The notes beneath the pieces were generated by a model, which was not told the origin of the DNA, made no database searches, and worked only from the letters and a program-made list of their open reading frames with translations. A stretch of DNA of 64,000 nt from an uncultured candidate division Zixibacteria bacterium (lineage in GTDB: Bacteria > Zixibacteria > MSB-5A5 > UBA10806), in contig CAWDFP010000007.1 of assembly GCA_963801605.1 (NCBI GenBank), forward strand, positions 392,285-456,284, in the 5' to 3' direction. The position numbers and the translations under genes are program-made. Below are positions 1 to 10,900 of the stretch, piece by piece (the stretch's first letter is position 1; every line of letters begins with the position of its first letter).

Positions 1-2
1 GT

Positions 3-452
3 GCGATCGTCAGTGGTAGGCGTAATGGCGGCGATTTGAGTCGTCGGATTATCACTGATTGAAAATACCAGTTCAAATACTCCGGCTCTAAGCCCGGCGG
101 TATTTAAAACCGGGTTGGGATCTCCACCAAGATCGGAAAATCCCAAATGTGTCGCCAGCCTATGATCTTCTTTAATACCCTGCCAATTATCATCCCAGGC
201 CTCGAGCGGCGAACCTACCTGAAACCCCATAAATTGGATATCGCCGGATGATTCGATCCTTAAGGGCAAATTGTAATGAGTGACATCCCCATCGGTAACG
301 AAATAAACCGGCACTGTAACTTGAGTTTGTCCGGGGTTAAAAGTGGCGGTCCCTATGATGACGCTATCGGCGTTGTCGACTAAAGTACCACCTATCGCCG
401 GAAATGAAATGCACAAGATAATTGCTATCCCCAGCAACAATCCATATTTCAT
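3..452 (-). CDS. Secreted cohesin-like domain protein, truncated by the window edge; paralog of 605..1450
   Basis: Not in the ORF track. ATG at 452 follows a GGAGG RBS. Translation MKYGLLLGIAIILCISFPAIGG...DSVIIGTATFNPGQTQVTVPVYFVTDGDVTHYNLPLRI...HLGFSDLGGDPNPVLNTAG...FELVFSI aligns by eye with the N-terminal domain of 605..1450. Confidence 0.75.
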   Translation of the reverse strand, partial: MKYGLLLGIAIILCISFPAIGGTLVDNADSVIIGTATFNPGQTQVTVPVYFVTDGDVTHYNLPLRIESSGDIQFMGFQVGSPLEAWDDNWQGIKEDHRLATHLGFSDLGGDPNPVLNTAGLRAGVFELVFSISDNPTTQIAAITPTTDDR

Positions 453-551
453 CGTTCCTCCTTGGAAAGGTTTTTTTGCAGTAGATTAATGTCTTTAACA
501 TTTTTTACAATATTTAGCGGGCAGATGTTCCCCAAGATGCCGGAAATATCG

Positions 552-580
552 AAAAAAAAAGGCAGGCATGGCTGCCTGCC
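552..580 (-). terminator. Rho-independent terminator after the 605..1450 gene
   Basis: GGCAGGCA-tggc-TGCCTGCC hairpin next to an A9 run, which is a U tract on the minus strand. Confidence 0.85.
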
Positions 581-604
581 TCAAGAAAACCTTAGAAAAG
601 GAAT

Positions 605-1450
605 TTAGCGGACCAGAACCATTTTATTGGTTTGGGTGAAATCAGACGTATATATCTTGTAGAAGTATATGCCTGATGGCACGTTAGCTCCGTTATCATT
701 CTTGCCATTCCAATGGGCGATATGATCGCCTGCCGCAACCGTACCATCAACAATCGTCTGAACTTCCTGGCCAAGCAAATTGAAGACTGTCAGGGAGACA
801 TAGGTTTCCTTTGGTAAAGAAAACTCGATGTTGGTTTCAGGATTGAATGGATTCGGATAGTTTTGCTTCAGAGCATAATTGGTCGGGATTGGATTTCCAT
901 CGTCGACACCCTCGCCCGGACGGGTAATCTGCATCGGGGTTTTAACGATGACTGGAGTAATCTGAGTTAATCCGTCAATCAAGCCGAACATAGCAGAACG
1001 ATTACGGTCATCAAAAACCGTATCAATCGAAATGGTCTGCGGACGAGTACCGGGGGCGATGTTGAACCGCAAGTTCCAGCAGTTTACCCTGGCGCCGTTG
1101 GTCAATAGCGGCGGATTGTTGTGCAGAGTGTCAACGTCAGCGAAACCGATCTGCCTAATGAAACCGGTGCAAACGGAATCGAAGCGAACGTCCCAGCTAG
1201 TCAAAGGCGGGAAGTAATTAGTTTGTGAACTTGGTGTCACACCGCCTAAGGGTGCACTCCAGGTAATCGGAAGATTGTAAAACATTACTGAGTCATCCGT
1301 GACTGCCCAAAACCTGGTGGTAATAAATGTGAAACCGGAATCAATGCTCAATCCCTCAATGACAATCGTATCCCGCATGCCGGGATCCTGGGCATATACA
1401 GCGCTGCCCAGAAGCAGACATGCCGCCAAAAACAATAGCAACTTTTTCAT
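605..1450 (-). CDS. Secreted protein with a cohesin-like beta domain and a T9SS type A sorting domain
   Basis: Signal peptide. C-terminus LKQNYPNPFNPETNIEFSL...PSGIYFYKI...KMVLVR is a classic CTD. The cohesin-like call rests on the beta-strand pattern only. Confidence 0.8.
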   Translation of the reverse strand: MKKLLLFLAACLLLGSAVYAQDPGMRDTIVIEGLSIDSGFTFITTRFWAVTDDSVMFYNLPITWSAPLGGVTPSSQTNYFPPLTSWDVRFDSVCTGFIRQIGFADVDTLHNNPPLLTNGARVNCWNLRFNIAPGTRPQTISIDTVFDDRNRSAMFGLIDGLTQITPVIVKTPMQITRPGEGVDDGNPIPTNYALKQNYPNPFNPETNIEFSLPKETYVSLTVFNLLGQEVQTIVDGTVAAGDHIAHWNGKNDNGANVPSGIYFYKIYTSDFTQTNKMVLVR

Positions 1451-1633
1451 TACCGATGGCCTCCTTAATTATTATTTACTTGTTAACTTTTACTAATACT
1501 CACCCGCAATAATGGTGTTACCACATCCCATTAACCCCATCGTTCAAAATATTACGAAATAATGTCACCTTATGTCAAGTTTTTTTTGGCAGCTTAAATA
1601 TATTTTTTTATCAATAAAATGAGATAAAAGACA

Positions 1634-3031
1634 TTAAGCTACAACATCTTCCGTTTCAGGCACCTCCCTTGAAGGCTGAAAGCCATACTTTTTAAGTTTC
1701 TCGAACAAAGTGGTATAATCGATTTTTAGAATTTCAGCGGTTTTCCTCTTATTGCCGCGAGTTTGGGCCAGAATCCGCTTTATAAGTGACTTCTCAGCAT
1801 CAGCTTGCGCCAATGCGGCAACTTCCTTAAGGCCGGCGCCCTCCCTGAGTCTGATCTCATTCGAGGTAGCCAAACGAATGGCTAAGTGCTCCGGATTAAT
1901 ATTGCGGCCATCGCAAAGGATGATAGCGCGTTCGATGGTATTTTCCAATTCGCGAACATTGCCGGGCCAATGATATTTATCGAGCAGTGCCAGCGCCTCT
2001 TTGGAAAGCCTGACAGGCTTCTTTTTCATTTCGAGGCTGAAACGCTGAATAAAATAATCGGCCAGAGCGGGAATATCTTCTCTCCTATCGCGGAGAGGCG
2101 GGATGGTAATCGGAAAAACCGATAAACGATAAAATAAATCTTCTCTGAAAACTCGTTTGCTTATCGCCTCTCTGAGATCCATGTTGGACGCGGCGATGAC
2201 CCTGACATTGACCTCAAGAGTCTTAGTGCCGCCCAGTCGTTCGAATCGTTTCTCCTGCAACACGCGCAATAATTTGGCTTGAAGCGAAATATCCATGTCG
2301 CCGACTTCATCGAGAAAGATAGTTCCCTGTTCGGCGATTTCAAACTTGCCCATTTTGCGCGCAATGCTGGAGGTAAAAGCTCCCTTCTCGGAACCAAACA
2401 ATTCATTTTCCAGAAGCTCTCGGGGAATAGCAGCGCAGTTGATGGTAACATAAGGACCATCCTTGCGCGGCGAGAGATGATGAATGGCTCTGGCAAACAG
2501 TTCTTTTCCAGTTCCCGATTCTCCCATTAATAAAACGGAAGTATCCGAAGGAGCCACTTTCTGAACGAGTTCGGTAGCCTGTCGCATGCGCTCGGACCGT
2601 CCGATGATCTCGGATAGCCCGATAGTCTGAGCCAGTTCTTCTCTCAAGAGAATATTTTCGGCGAGAAGCCGCCTGTTTTCCAGCGCCCGCTTTATGAGGA
2701 TAGAAAGACGATCTGTATCGAACGGTTTGGTGATGAAATCAAAAGCGCCAAGCTTGATGGCCTGAACAGCGTTTTCAACGGTGGCGTAGGCGGTCATGAC
2801 AATAACCGATGCCTCCGGATCGTTCGCTTTAACCTCGGCCAGAACCTGGAGACCATCGGCACCCGGAAGCTTGAGATCGGTCAGGACCAAATCGAAGCGT
2901 TTCTCTTTGGCACGGCTTATCCCCTCGGTACCGCTCGAAGCGAGATCGACTTCATAACCTTCGCTTGAAAGAGTCGCCGAAAGCATTTGTTGCATGGCGC
3001 TCTTATCTTCAATAATTAGAATTGATGGCAA
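1634..3031 (-). CDS. Sigma-54-dependent response regulator (NtrC family: REC, AAA+, Fis HTH)
   Basis: REC domain, GESGTGKE Walker A, FLDEVG Walker B, WPGNVREL, C-terminal HTH. The GAFTGA loop reads GAFTSS. Confidence 0.95.
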   Translation of the reverse strand: MPSILIIEDKSAMQQMLSATLSSEGYEVDLASSGTEGISRAKEKRFDLVLTDLKLPGADGLQVLAEVKANDPEASVIVMTAYATVENAVQAIKLGAFDFITKPFDTDRLSILIKRALENRRLLAENILLREELAQTIGLSEIIGRSERMRQATELVQKVAPSDTSVLLMGESGTGKELFARAIHHLSPRKDGPYVTINCAAIPRELLENELFGSEKGAFTSSIARKMGKFEIAEQGTIFLDEVGDMDISLQAKLLRVLQEKRFERLGGTKTLEVNVRVIAASNMDLREAISKRVFREDLFYRLSVFPITIPPLRDRREDIPALADYFIQRFSLEMKKKPVRLSKEALALLDKYHWPGNVRELENTIERAIILCDGRNINPEHLAIRLATSNEIRLREGAGLKEVAALAQADAEKSLIKRILAQTRGNKRKTAEILKIDYTTLFEKLKKYGFQPSREVPETEDVVA

Positions 3032-3149
3032 GGACCCCTCCGGTTTTTACTCCCCCATCATTATATATCGGCAAAATGCAAAAATATCTTGAGGATTATT
3101 ATTGGGAAATCCCCATACCCGCCCATAGAGCAGTAAAGGGGACAAGTAT

Positions 3150-3818
3150 TTAGGGCTTACATTCCCGGCAGGGCGACAGGCCGGCGTCAAGGGCATCGTC
3201 ACGGCTTTTATAGCGTTTAGCCTTCTTCTGGTTGATATCCTTGATTCCGGGACAAAGCGGGCGATGGAATCGAAAGGCGCCTCCGGCAGCGATATAATAT
3301 GGTTCGGGCGCCGGCACAGGGAGTGACCAGATACCGCGTTGGGCCTTTCGAGCCTCATTTTGAGCAGAAAGGAGCACTTTGGCGTAGCGCTGGTTTTTTG
3401 CGAAGAAATATATTCGAGCCAGACCGGCCTTGAGGAGCATTTCGTTGTAAAATTCCGAACCCAGGTAAATGTAAGCCAGAGTCCGGCCGTATTTATCATC
3501 AGAGTTTTTTTCGGTTTCAATTCTGACTGCCTGGCCTCTTAGAATTGAATCGGCGAAGGCTCTGGCCTGGTCAGCGTAAGGCTCCCCTTTTTCGGGAGTG
3601 TCGAGACACAAAAGCCTGACATGCCGGTCGCCCGTTAGAACAAATGTGTCGCCGTCAATGACGCGCAAGATGGTATCAATATTTGATGTCGGTTTGGAAA
3701 ATTGCCCGGACTGCTGTGAGTTGCGACCGGATTTGGCCTGAATCGGCGTTATAAAGGTAAGGCACGATACAGCCAATATTAGCAATGAAAGCTGAGTTTT
3801 TCGAAATCGAATATTCAC
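3150..3818 (-). CDS. Secreted thermonuclease (SNase) with a C-terminal Ada-type Zn-binding domain
   Basis: RVIDGDT, VRLLCLDTPE, DKYGRTLAY, AQNEARKAQRGIW, then FHRPLC...GLSPCRECKP. Confidence 0.9.
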   Translation of the reverse strand: MNIRFRKTQLSLLILAVSCLTFITPIQAKSGRNSQQSGQFSKPTSNIDTILRVIDGDTFVLTGDRHVRLLCLDTPEKGEPYADQARAFADSILRGQAVRIETEKNSDDKYGRTLAYIYLGSEFYNEMLLKAGLARIYFFAKNQRYAKVLLSAQNEARKAQRGIWSLPVPAPEPYYIAAGGAFRFHRPLCPGIKDINQKKAKRYKSRDDALDAGLSPCRECKP

Positions 3819-4552
3819 GGTTCGACCTTCCTTAATGAATAGATGGCCGCGATTCCCCCCATAATATTTTTATAAGAGGCATGTCGCCATCCAGAGCCGA
3901 GGATGGTTTTGACGTCATTCTGCCCGGGAAATCCTTTCAGCGAAACGGGCAGATAGCGGTAAGCATACGCTTTGGAAGTAAACAGGCGCGCGAGGAGCGG
4001 CGAAAGCCTGTAAAAGTAAAACTCAAATAGAATAGCTAATAGTTTGTTTTCGGGATGGGCGATCTCCAGATGACGGACGAGACCATCGTGGGTAAGGGTT
4101 CGATTGATTTCGCCGGTAAAGGCATTCAAATCGGTGAGATTTCGGAGGCAGAAAGCAGAGACGGCCCCTCTAAATATATCGTTCTTAAAGGGAAGTTTTT
4201 CGGCGTCACAAACGACAGTATGATATCTGCCGTTAAATTCCGAAGGAAGATTTTGCCTGATAAGAGAAAGCATTCCGCGGGAAATATCGGTGATGATGAC
4301 ATCACCTTTGAAATCGGCTTGAGAGAGTATTTCCCGAGACATCTCTCCCCCGCCGGCGCAGAGATCGATTATCAATCCATCTTTGGAGAGGCCGGTAATT
4401 GCTTTTTTGCGCCAGCGGTTATCCTGACCGAAGGAAAGGATGGTATTGAGGAAATCGTATTTTCCGGCGATATCATCGAACATGCGGGTAACGTAAGCTT
4501 TTTTGGAGGAGGGATTAGGTGGCATGGTGGTTTTGTCGGTTTTCTCGTCCAA
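3815..4552 (-). CDS. menG: UbiE/MenG family quinone C-methyltransferase
   Basis: MFDDIAGKYDFLNTILSFGQDNRWR, SAM-binding DLCAGGG, DAEKLPF, AYRYLPVS. Confidence 0.85.
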   Translation of the reverse strand: MDEKTDKTTMPPNPSSKKAYVTRMFDDIAGKYDFLNTILSFGQDNRWRKKAITGLSKDGLIIDLCAGGGEMSREILSQADFKGDVIITDISRGMLSLIRQNLPSEFNGRYHTVVCDAEKLPFKNDIFRGAVSAFCLRNLTDLNAFTGEINRTLTHDGLVRHLEIAHPENKLLAILFEFYFYRLSPLLARLFTSKAYAYRYLPVSLKGFPGQNDVKTILGSGWRHASYKNIMGGIAAIYSLRKVEP

Positions 4553-4569
4553 GTGACTCGGAACCCGAC

Positions 4570-5607
4570 CTACAACTCCCGATTTACGATAAAATCTATC
4601 AAGTCCAATAATATCTTTCGATATTCAGGATTGATAGCACCGTCGATAGATTCAATAAATGTCTGTCGTGCTTTTTTGGCAAGCGTCTGAGAGATTTGAG
4701 CTGCATATTTGATCGAGTCGTATTTTTTTATAAGGAATAAAAGGCGCTCAATTTCCTCCGGGCGCTTATCCTCGCGGGATTTATTTAGAACTTCAAGCAC
4801 GAAAAGTTTTTCATCCGGAGAGCATTTCCGGAGCAAATCGATTACCACCAGCGTACGTTTGCCCTCCCAAAGATCGCCTGCTATCTCCTTGCCGTATTTG
4901 CCTATGTCTCCAATAAGATTTAGGATATCGTCCTGAATTTGGAAGGCTACTCCGAGATCAATGCCGAAACGCACGAAGATGTCTCTATTGGCCGCACCGG
5001 CTGTGGCAATCAACGCCCCTACCCAGGATGGGGTAATAACCGTATACCAGGCGGTCTTGTGACGGCACATATTATAATAGTCTTCATCGGTGAGATCCCA
5101 TTTGGCGGCGCTCACCCAGCCGAGTTCGATATGCTGACCGGAAGTGGTTTGGGCGTACATAAACAGGAATTCCTCAATAACCCGTATCGCCAATTCGGCA
5201 CCGAGGATTTCGCGATTGCGCAACAGCATTTCCCACATCTTGCCGGCCAAAGCGTCCCCAGCGTTCAAAGCCAGAGGAATACCGTGCTTGATATGGAGCG
5301 CAGGCAGGCCGCGACGAAGATCCGATTGATCTTCGATATCATCGTGAATGACAATCCAGTTCTGGAATAGTTCAAGGGCGGCGGCGGTATTGAGAGCCCG
5401 AGAATCACTGCCTCCGAAGGCGCGATTGAAGATGAGAAGGAGGCCCGGCCGGAGGCCTTTACCGGCGCGCGAGGGGTAGTCTCTCATCATACGGTAGAGC
5501 AGATCGATTTCGGGTGTCGGGTGCGTTTCGGGCAAGAAATCAAAAATCTCGCGGTCGACATCGGCTTTGAGGGCTTTTAAGAGAACAAAGATATCAGGAT
5601 GTTCCAT
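4570..5607 (-). CDS. Trans-polyprenyl diphosphate synthase
   Basis: GKGLRP, first Asp-rich motif HDDIED..LRRG, second motif FQIQDDILN, GDLWEGK. Start placed at MEHPD. Confidence 0.93.
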   Translation of the reverse strand: MEHPDIFVLLKALKADVDREIFDFLPETHPTPEIDLLYRMMRDYPSRAGKGLRPGLLLIFNRAFGGSDSRALNTAAALELFQNWIVIHDDIEDQSDLRRGLPALHIKHGIPLALNAGDALAGKMWEMLLRNREILGAELAIRVIEEFLFMYAQTTSGQHIELGWVSAAKWDLTDEDYYNMCRHKTAWYTVITPSWVGALIATAGAANRDIFVRFGIDLGVAFQIQDDILNLIGDIGKYGKEIAGDLWEGKRTLVVIDLLRKCSPDEKLFVLEVLNKSREDKRPEEIERLLFLIKKYDSIKYAAQISQTLAKKARQTFIESIDGAINPEYRKILLDLIDFIVNREL

Positions 5608-5756
5608 GAGGATTAAATATCGGATAATGTTAAGCAAGTCAAATTAAAATTGAAGAATAGTTATGATGTCGGATCATGTTAAGTTTGTAAGCGGCCAACC
5701 GCTGACCCACAACGGGTAATTAGCAAAAAAATGTCAAAACCAGCAACGGGTTTTGA

Positions 5757-7961
5757 TTAACAGGCAGGACTTTTCAGGTTCTTTATAAGATTTTGGGTAA
5801 ATATTACGCTGGCAGGGACACTCATAACCTTTTCGATGGCGTTTTTGATTTCATCCATCTGGAAAGGTTTCGGAAGGATACCATCAACTTTTTGCAGGGC
5901 TTCCTCGCTATCGAGTTGGGCGCCCCATCCTGAAATTAACAATACCGGCATGCCGGGATGACGTTCACGGCAGAAACGGGCAACATCCCATCCCCCAACC
6001 TCGGGCATACCCAGATCGGTTATAACCAGGTCGAATTTTTCGGTTTCAAGAATCTGCAAGGCCTCTTTGCCACCGCCGGCTTTGGTACATTGGTGCCCCA
6101 GAAAATCCATCATATCAGATACGACTTCGAGCAAATTAGTATCATCGTCAACAAGCAAGATCGATAGATTCTGCTGCAAGCCCATTCTGGGCTGCGGCGC
6201 TGATTTTTCGGTTGCTCCGCTCACGAGGTTAAATTTAAATGTAAAGGCCGCACCGTTAGCGGGAGAAGACTCGACTCCAATATCGGCCTGGTGACGGAAT
6301 AATATTCCGTAAACAACCGCCAGGCCCATGCCGACGCCTTTTTTGCCTTTGGTAGTGAAAAATGGGAAAAAGAGTTTATTCTTCACGCTTTCATCCATGC
6401 CGATACCATCGTCGCGAATCTGCAAGACCACCTTACCGCGTTCGACCCAGGTTTTAATCCAGATATTGCCGCCCTCGGGTAGAGCGTCAACCGAATTAAG
6501 AATAATATTGCAAAGGGCCTCTTTGAGTTCATCATGGCTGCCTTCGATAACCACGGCATTACAGAGTTCGCTGTGCATACTGATGGTTATTCCAGCTCTC
6601 TGGGCGGTATCTTTCCAGGCAGGTTTGGTGGTCTCGATAGCGTCCATGATAACGCGATTAAGATCTACCCTGCCAAATTGTAAACGATTGGAAACATGGG
6701 TGAAGTCCTGAAGCCTTCTGACGGTTCGGCGGCCCTTAAGCGTAGCTTCCTCGATAATGCGAAGCTCCTGCTGAAAGACAGGATCTCCTACAGTTTGAAG
6801 CAGCAATTGAGTCCGGCCGAGGATTGTACCCAGAACGTTGTTAAAATCGTGGGCCACTCCCCCAGCCATATCACCAAGGGCTTTTAGCTTCTCGGCCATG
6901 ATGAGCTGCTCCTGGGTAGCGGTAAGCTCCTCATAAGCTTTTTCGAGGCTCTCATAGAGCTTGGCGTTTTCGATGGCATCCGCGGTTTGCCTTGCGAAAA
7001 TGGTCAGGATTTCGAGGTCTTCCCGGGTAAATATTTTGCCATTGTAGCTCCAAAGGGTAATTACGCCCAAGACATCATCGGACCAGGTCAGAGGGGCGCT
7101 GATTAGCGATTCGTTTTCAACAGGGGTTCCGGGCACCTGGATGCACCTGGGATCGTTTTCAGAATGGTTGGATATAATCCCGACACCGGATTCGCCCACT
7201 TTACCGGTGATGCCCTCGCCAAGCTTGAGATATACGGAATTTAATTCATCTTTATAGCGATCATCAAGGGTAACCAGAGGTTTTAATAGCAGATCTTCTT
7301 TATCGAGAAGGAATATAGAGCCACCATCAGCACCCATGATTTCCGTAGAAAGTCTGACGGCCTTTTGCAGAACATCCTTGTAGTTTAAAGAGGAATAGAT
7401 GGCGGTAGAAAGCTCAAGGAGAGCAGCCAGTTTATCGCCGCGTTCCCTGGCACTTCTTTTATTTTGATAGGCTTTAATCGATAAACAGATTTGATCGCTC
7501 AAAAGACCAGCCTTCATGGAATCCTCGCTGGAGGGTTTGTGCGGGTCCTGCCAGAGCCAGCAACAGTAGCCGTTATGGCCTTTATCTGTAATAAAAGGAG
7601 CAATCAAGAGACTTGAGCAATAGGTTATTTCCAACAAGCTTCTGGCAAAGCCATTTTCACTCTGACGACTGTAGAAATGAACATTGCCGTCGGTCCAGGC
7701 AGTTATCCACAAACTATCAGGGAGAGTGCGTAGACTTCGAATGAGGCCGCCACGATCGAATGAAGCGCCGGTATCATCCCCAAACAAGTCAAAATCGCGG
7801 CGCTCCTGTCCGCCAATAATAACCATCAACAGGTCTGATCTCAGAGCGCCTTTGGTCTTCTCCAGGGTCGATTTGAATATCGACTTATCAACGATAGGTT
7901 TTGTCGGATCAGATCTGATCAACAAGCACCTCGTCCGGCGAACAATAAAATACCTTATCAA
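5757..7961 (-). CDS. Hybrid sensor histidine kinase (GAF, HisKA, HATPase, REC)
   Basis: GAF domain (SAPLTWSDDVLGVI), H-box VAHDFNNVL, PFFTTK..G.GMGL, C-terminal REC. True start may be slightly downstream. Confidence 0.92.
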   Translation of the reverse strand: MIRYFIVRRTRCLLIRSDPTKPIVDKSIFKSTLEKTKGALRSDLLMVIIGGQERRDFDLFGDDTGASFDRGGLIRSLRTLPDSLWITAWTDGNVHFYSRQSENGFARSLLEITYCSSLLIAPFITDKGHNGYCCWLWQDPHKPSSEDSMKAGLLSDQICLSIKAYQNKRSARERGDKLAALLELSTAIYSSLNYKDVLQKAVRLSTEIMGADGGSIFLLDKEDLLLKPLVTLDDRYKDELNSVYLKLGEGITGKVGESGVGIISNHSENDPRCIQVPGTPVENESLISAPLTWSDDVLGVITLWSYNGKIFTREDLEILTIFARQTADAIENAKLYESLEKAYEELTATQEQLIMAEKLKALGDMAGGVAHDFNNVLGTILGRTQLLLQTVGDPVFQQELRIIEEATLKGRRTVRRLQDFTHVSNRLQFGRVDLNRVIMDAIETTKPAWKDTAQRAGITISMHSELCNAVVIEGSHDELKEALCNIILNSVDALPEGGNIWIKTWVERGKVVLQIRDDGIGMDESVKNKLFFPFFTTKGKKGVGMGLAVVYGILFRHQADIGVESSPANGAAFTFKFNLVSGATEKSAPQPRMGLQQNLSILLVDDDTNLLEVVSDMMDFLGHQCTKAGGGKEALQILETEKFDLVITDLGMPEVGGWDVARFCRERHPGMPVLLISGWGAQLDSEEALQKVDGILPKPFQMDEIKNAIEKVMSVPASVIFTQNLIKNLKSPAC

Positions 7962-10900
7962 CCGCTTTCAAAATTTCCTCTATCTTAAACGGCTTACCAA
8001 TAACTGCATTAACATGATGAACACGCAAGTTTTCAATATCGAGATTAGCGCCCCAGCCGGTGGCCATAATTATCCGCATTTCGGGATTATCTCTGTAAAT
8101 GGCATCGGCCAATTCCCAACCGGACAGGCCGGTCATTCCGAGATCGGTAATTACAAGATCGTATTTTTTGCTATTAATCATTTCCAGGGCCGCTACGGGA
8201 TTTGAGACAGCGTCAGCCTGATGGCCGCCCGATATCAATATCTCAACCAGGACATCGCGGAATCCCTCTTCATCATCAACGATGAGAATGCTGCGATTTT
8301 TTTCGTTAGAGCTGCCGTTCATAATCGTGTTTATATGATTTTTAATTTCCTGCCGAGCGGGTAAAATGATGATAAATTTAGTGCCCTTCCCAAGCTCGGA
8401 TTCAACTTCAATGGTCCCCTTATGACGGCCAATAATGCCATAGGTCACCGAAAGTCCCAAACCGGTGCCGGCATCGCCTTTGGTGGTGAAGAACGGCTCG
8501 AAAATCCGCTTACGTGTATCGGCGGACATTCCCAGACCCGTATCTTCGACCGTTATTCTAATCATATTATCGGCATTATAGCGGGCATCGATAACGATCC
8601 TGGCGTCACTGTTTATGGCGTCAACCGCATTATTAATGAGATTGATAAATACTTCACGAAGCTCACTGGGGCTGCCGGTGGTAACGAGGTCGCCCTCGTG
8701 ATTGAAAACCAGATCAATCGATTTGCCCTTGGCCAGAGCCTGATCGTGCCAGCGAGGGCGAGTTAGTTCGATAGTATCCGCGATAATCTGATCGAGATGA
8801 ATTTCAACGAATTTTCCGGATGGTTTTTTCTTTGTAAATTCGCTGATCCTCGAAAGTATATGAGAACCGTCATTGGCGGCTTTTTCAATCAGCTCGAGGT
8901 TTTTCTCTAAAAATTGCCGTCCGGGCCAATCGTCATATTTTTTAATTTTAATGGTTATAATTTGTAAGCCGTCCCAGAATTGCCGCCAGGATATTATTGA
9001 AATCATGAACAACGCCCGAAGACATTTCGCCAAGAGCTCTCAATTTTTCCGTCTGAATTATACGATCCTGAGCATCCTGCACTTGCTCATAAGCAGTTTT
9101 TAACTCTTTATAAAGCTGAGCATTCTGCCAGGCGATCCGCAGATGTACAGCCAGGTCCTTAATTAACTGAAGTTCCTGCGTAGAGAATCCATCAGAACGA
9201 GACGTTCCCACAATCATAACGGCTTCGGCCCGGGACTCATCTCCGATGGGGAATAATGCCAGATTTCTGATGCCGGCGTCGACCACGGACTGCAATTTTT
9301 CGGGCACGCCAAGATTGGCCAACTGCGAGAACGATACAAATTCCGGGGAGGCGTTAAGCATAACCGATTTGAGTTTATCTTCAAGCATGGCCAACATAGC
9401 CTCGGTGGATATAATTCCGGCTGATTTAGGCGAATAGCCAATTTTGAAGATAAATGAATCACCGTCAGGCACTACCAGTGAGGTCCAGCGGTAGCCGGCA
9501 TTATCGGTTATGGTTTTGGCCACTACCCGGAAGAAGCTATCGAGATCGAGAGTAGCCGAGATAGCCTTATTAATATTATCTATCAGCGAAAGTCGTTCGG
9601 CCTTTTGAATTGATTCCTCAAATAAACAGGAATTATCGATGGTAACTGCCATGATATCGCCCAAAGTATCGAGGGTGCTGATATCTTCCGAAGTGAAACC
9701 ATCGAATTCCATCGACTCGACGTCGAGCACTCCAAGTATCTTATCGCCGGCGATAAGCGGAATGCAAACCTCGCTCTTAACATCGTCGACGCCCATGACA
9801 TAATCCGGTTCCAATAAGACATCAGGGCTGTAAACAGTTTTTTGGGATTTGATAGCCGCACCCACCAGGCCGCATCCCTCGGCAACGGCGAAATCGGCGG
9901 GCAACTTTTTATCGCAGGACGACGCCTGATATCCAAGATAATAGCGGCGTTTGACCTGATCGAGCATAAATACGGCCACGAGTTGATAACCAAAAGCTTC
10001 CTGAATCGAATCGGCGGCAATTTTTATAACTTCCTGGACGTTTAATGATTTCGATATTTTTTTGGAAAATTCAAAAATAGTATTAAGCTTTATTCCCCGC
10101 TCCCGTTCCTGCTCGAAGAGACGGGCGCGCTCCATAGAAACGGCGATCTGGGCGGCGAGGGCTCTTAAGAAATTTTCATGCATTTCACCGAAAGCGCATT
10201 TGTTTAACGACCCTACCATAATAATGCCGGTAATCTTATTTCCCAATTTTACAGGGACCGCTAATTCGGATAAAAGCTTCGGGAACGATGGCCTGACAGC
10301 AGTTTCAACCCGGAAATCCTCGATAATTACGGATTGGCCGCTTTCAATCACTTTTTCGGAGACGGAATTGGTCAACCCGGATGCCAGCTTATCGGTACCG
10401 GGCCTCATGTTAGTGCTATTTACCACCAGGGGGTTCAGAGTATGAGTTATCTCATCAACAAGATATACGCCTGCGACGTTATAGTGCAGGTAGTCGTTAA
10501 CGGCGATCAACACTTTTTCGAGCATGGAATTGATATTTGTTTCAGAATGAATAACGCCGCTGACGTTGTACAGTGTGGTAAGTTGATCGACCTTGTTATT
10601 AATAAAGGCATACAGCCTGGCGTTTTCGATGGCTGAAGCTGCTTGCGATACGATTGCCTGCACGAAACTGAGCCTGTCGGGAGCTACTCCGGCGCGGATA
10701 ATTGATCTTTCCTCACCCAAAATAACGGCGCCGATAGCTTTGGCCGAATGGGAAATCGGGAGAATCGACAGAAGCTTGACCGAATCTGTCCGGAAGAAGC
10801 GCTTTTCGAGGCTGGTTAAATCGGCATATTCCTGCGGCCCCAAAATGATGGTTCTCTTAGCCGACATCGATTCTGCGACGCGCGGCAGATCGGCGATATT

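Noticed and set aside
3150..3818. Thermonuclease as the catalytic partner of the OB-fold locus
   Set aside because: It lies more than 16 kb away in the menG operon and there is no evidence of linkage.
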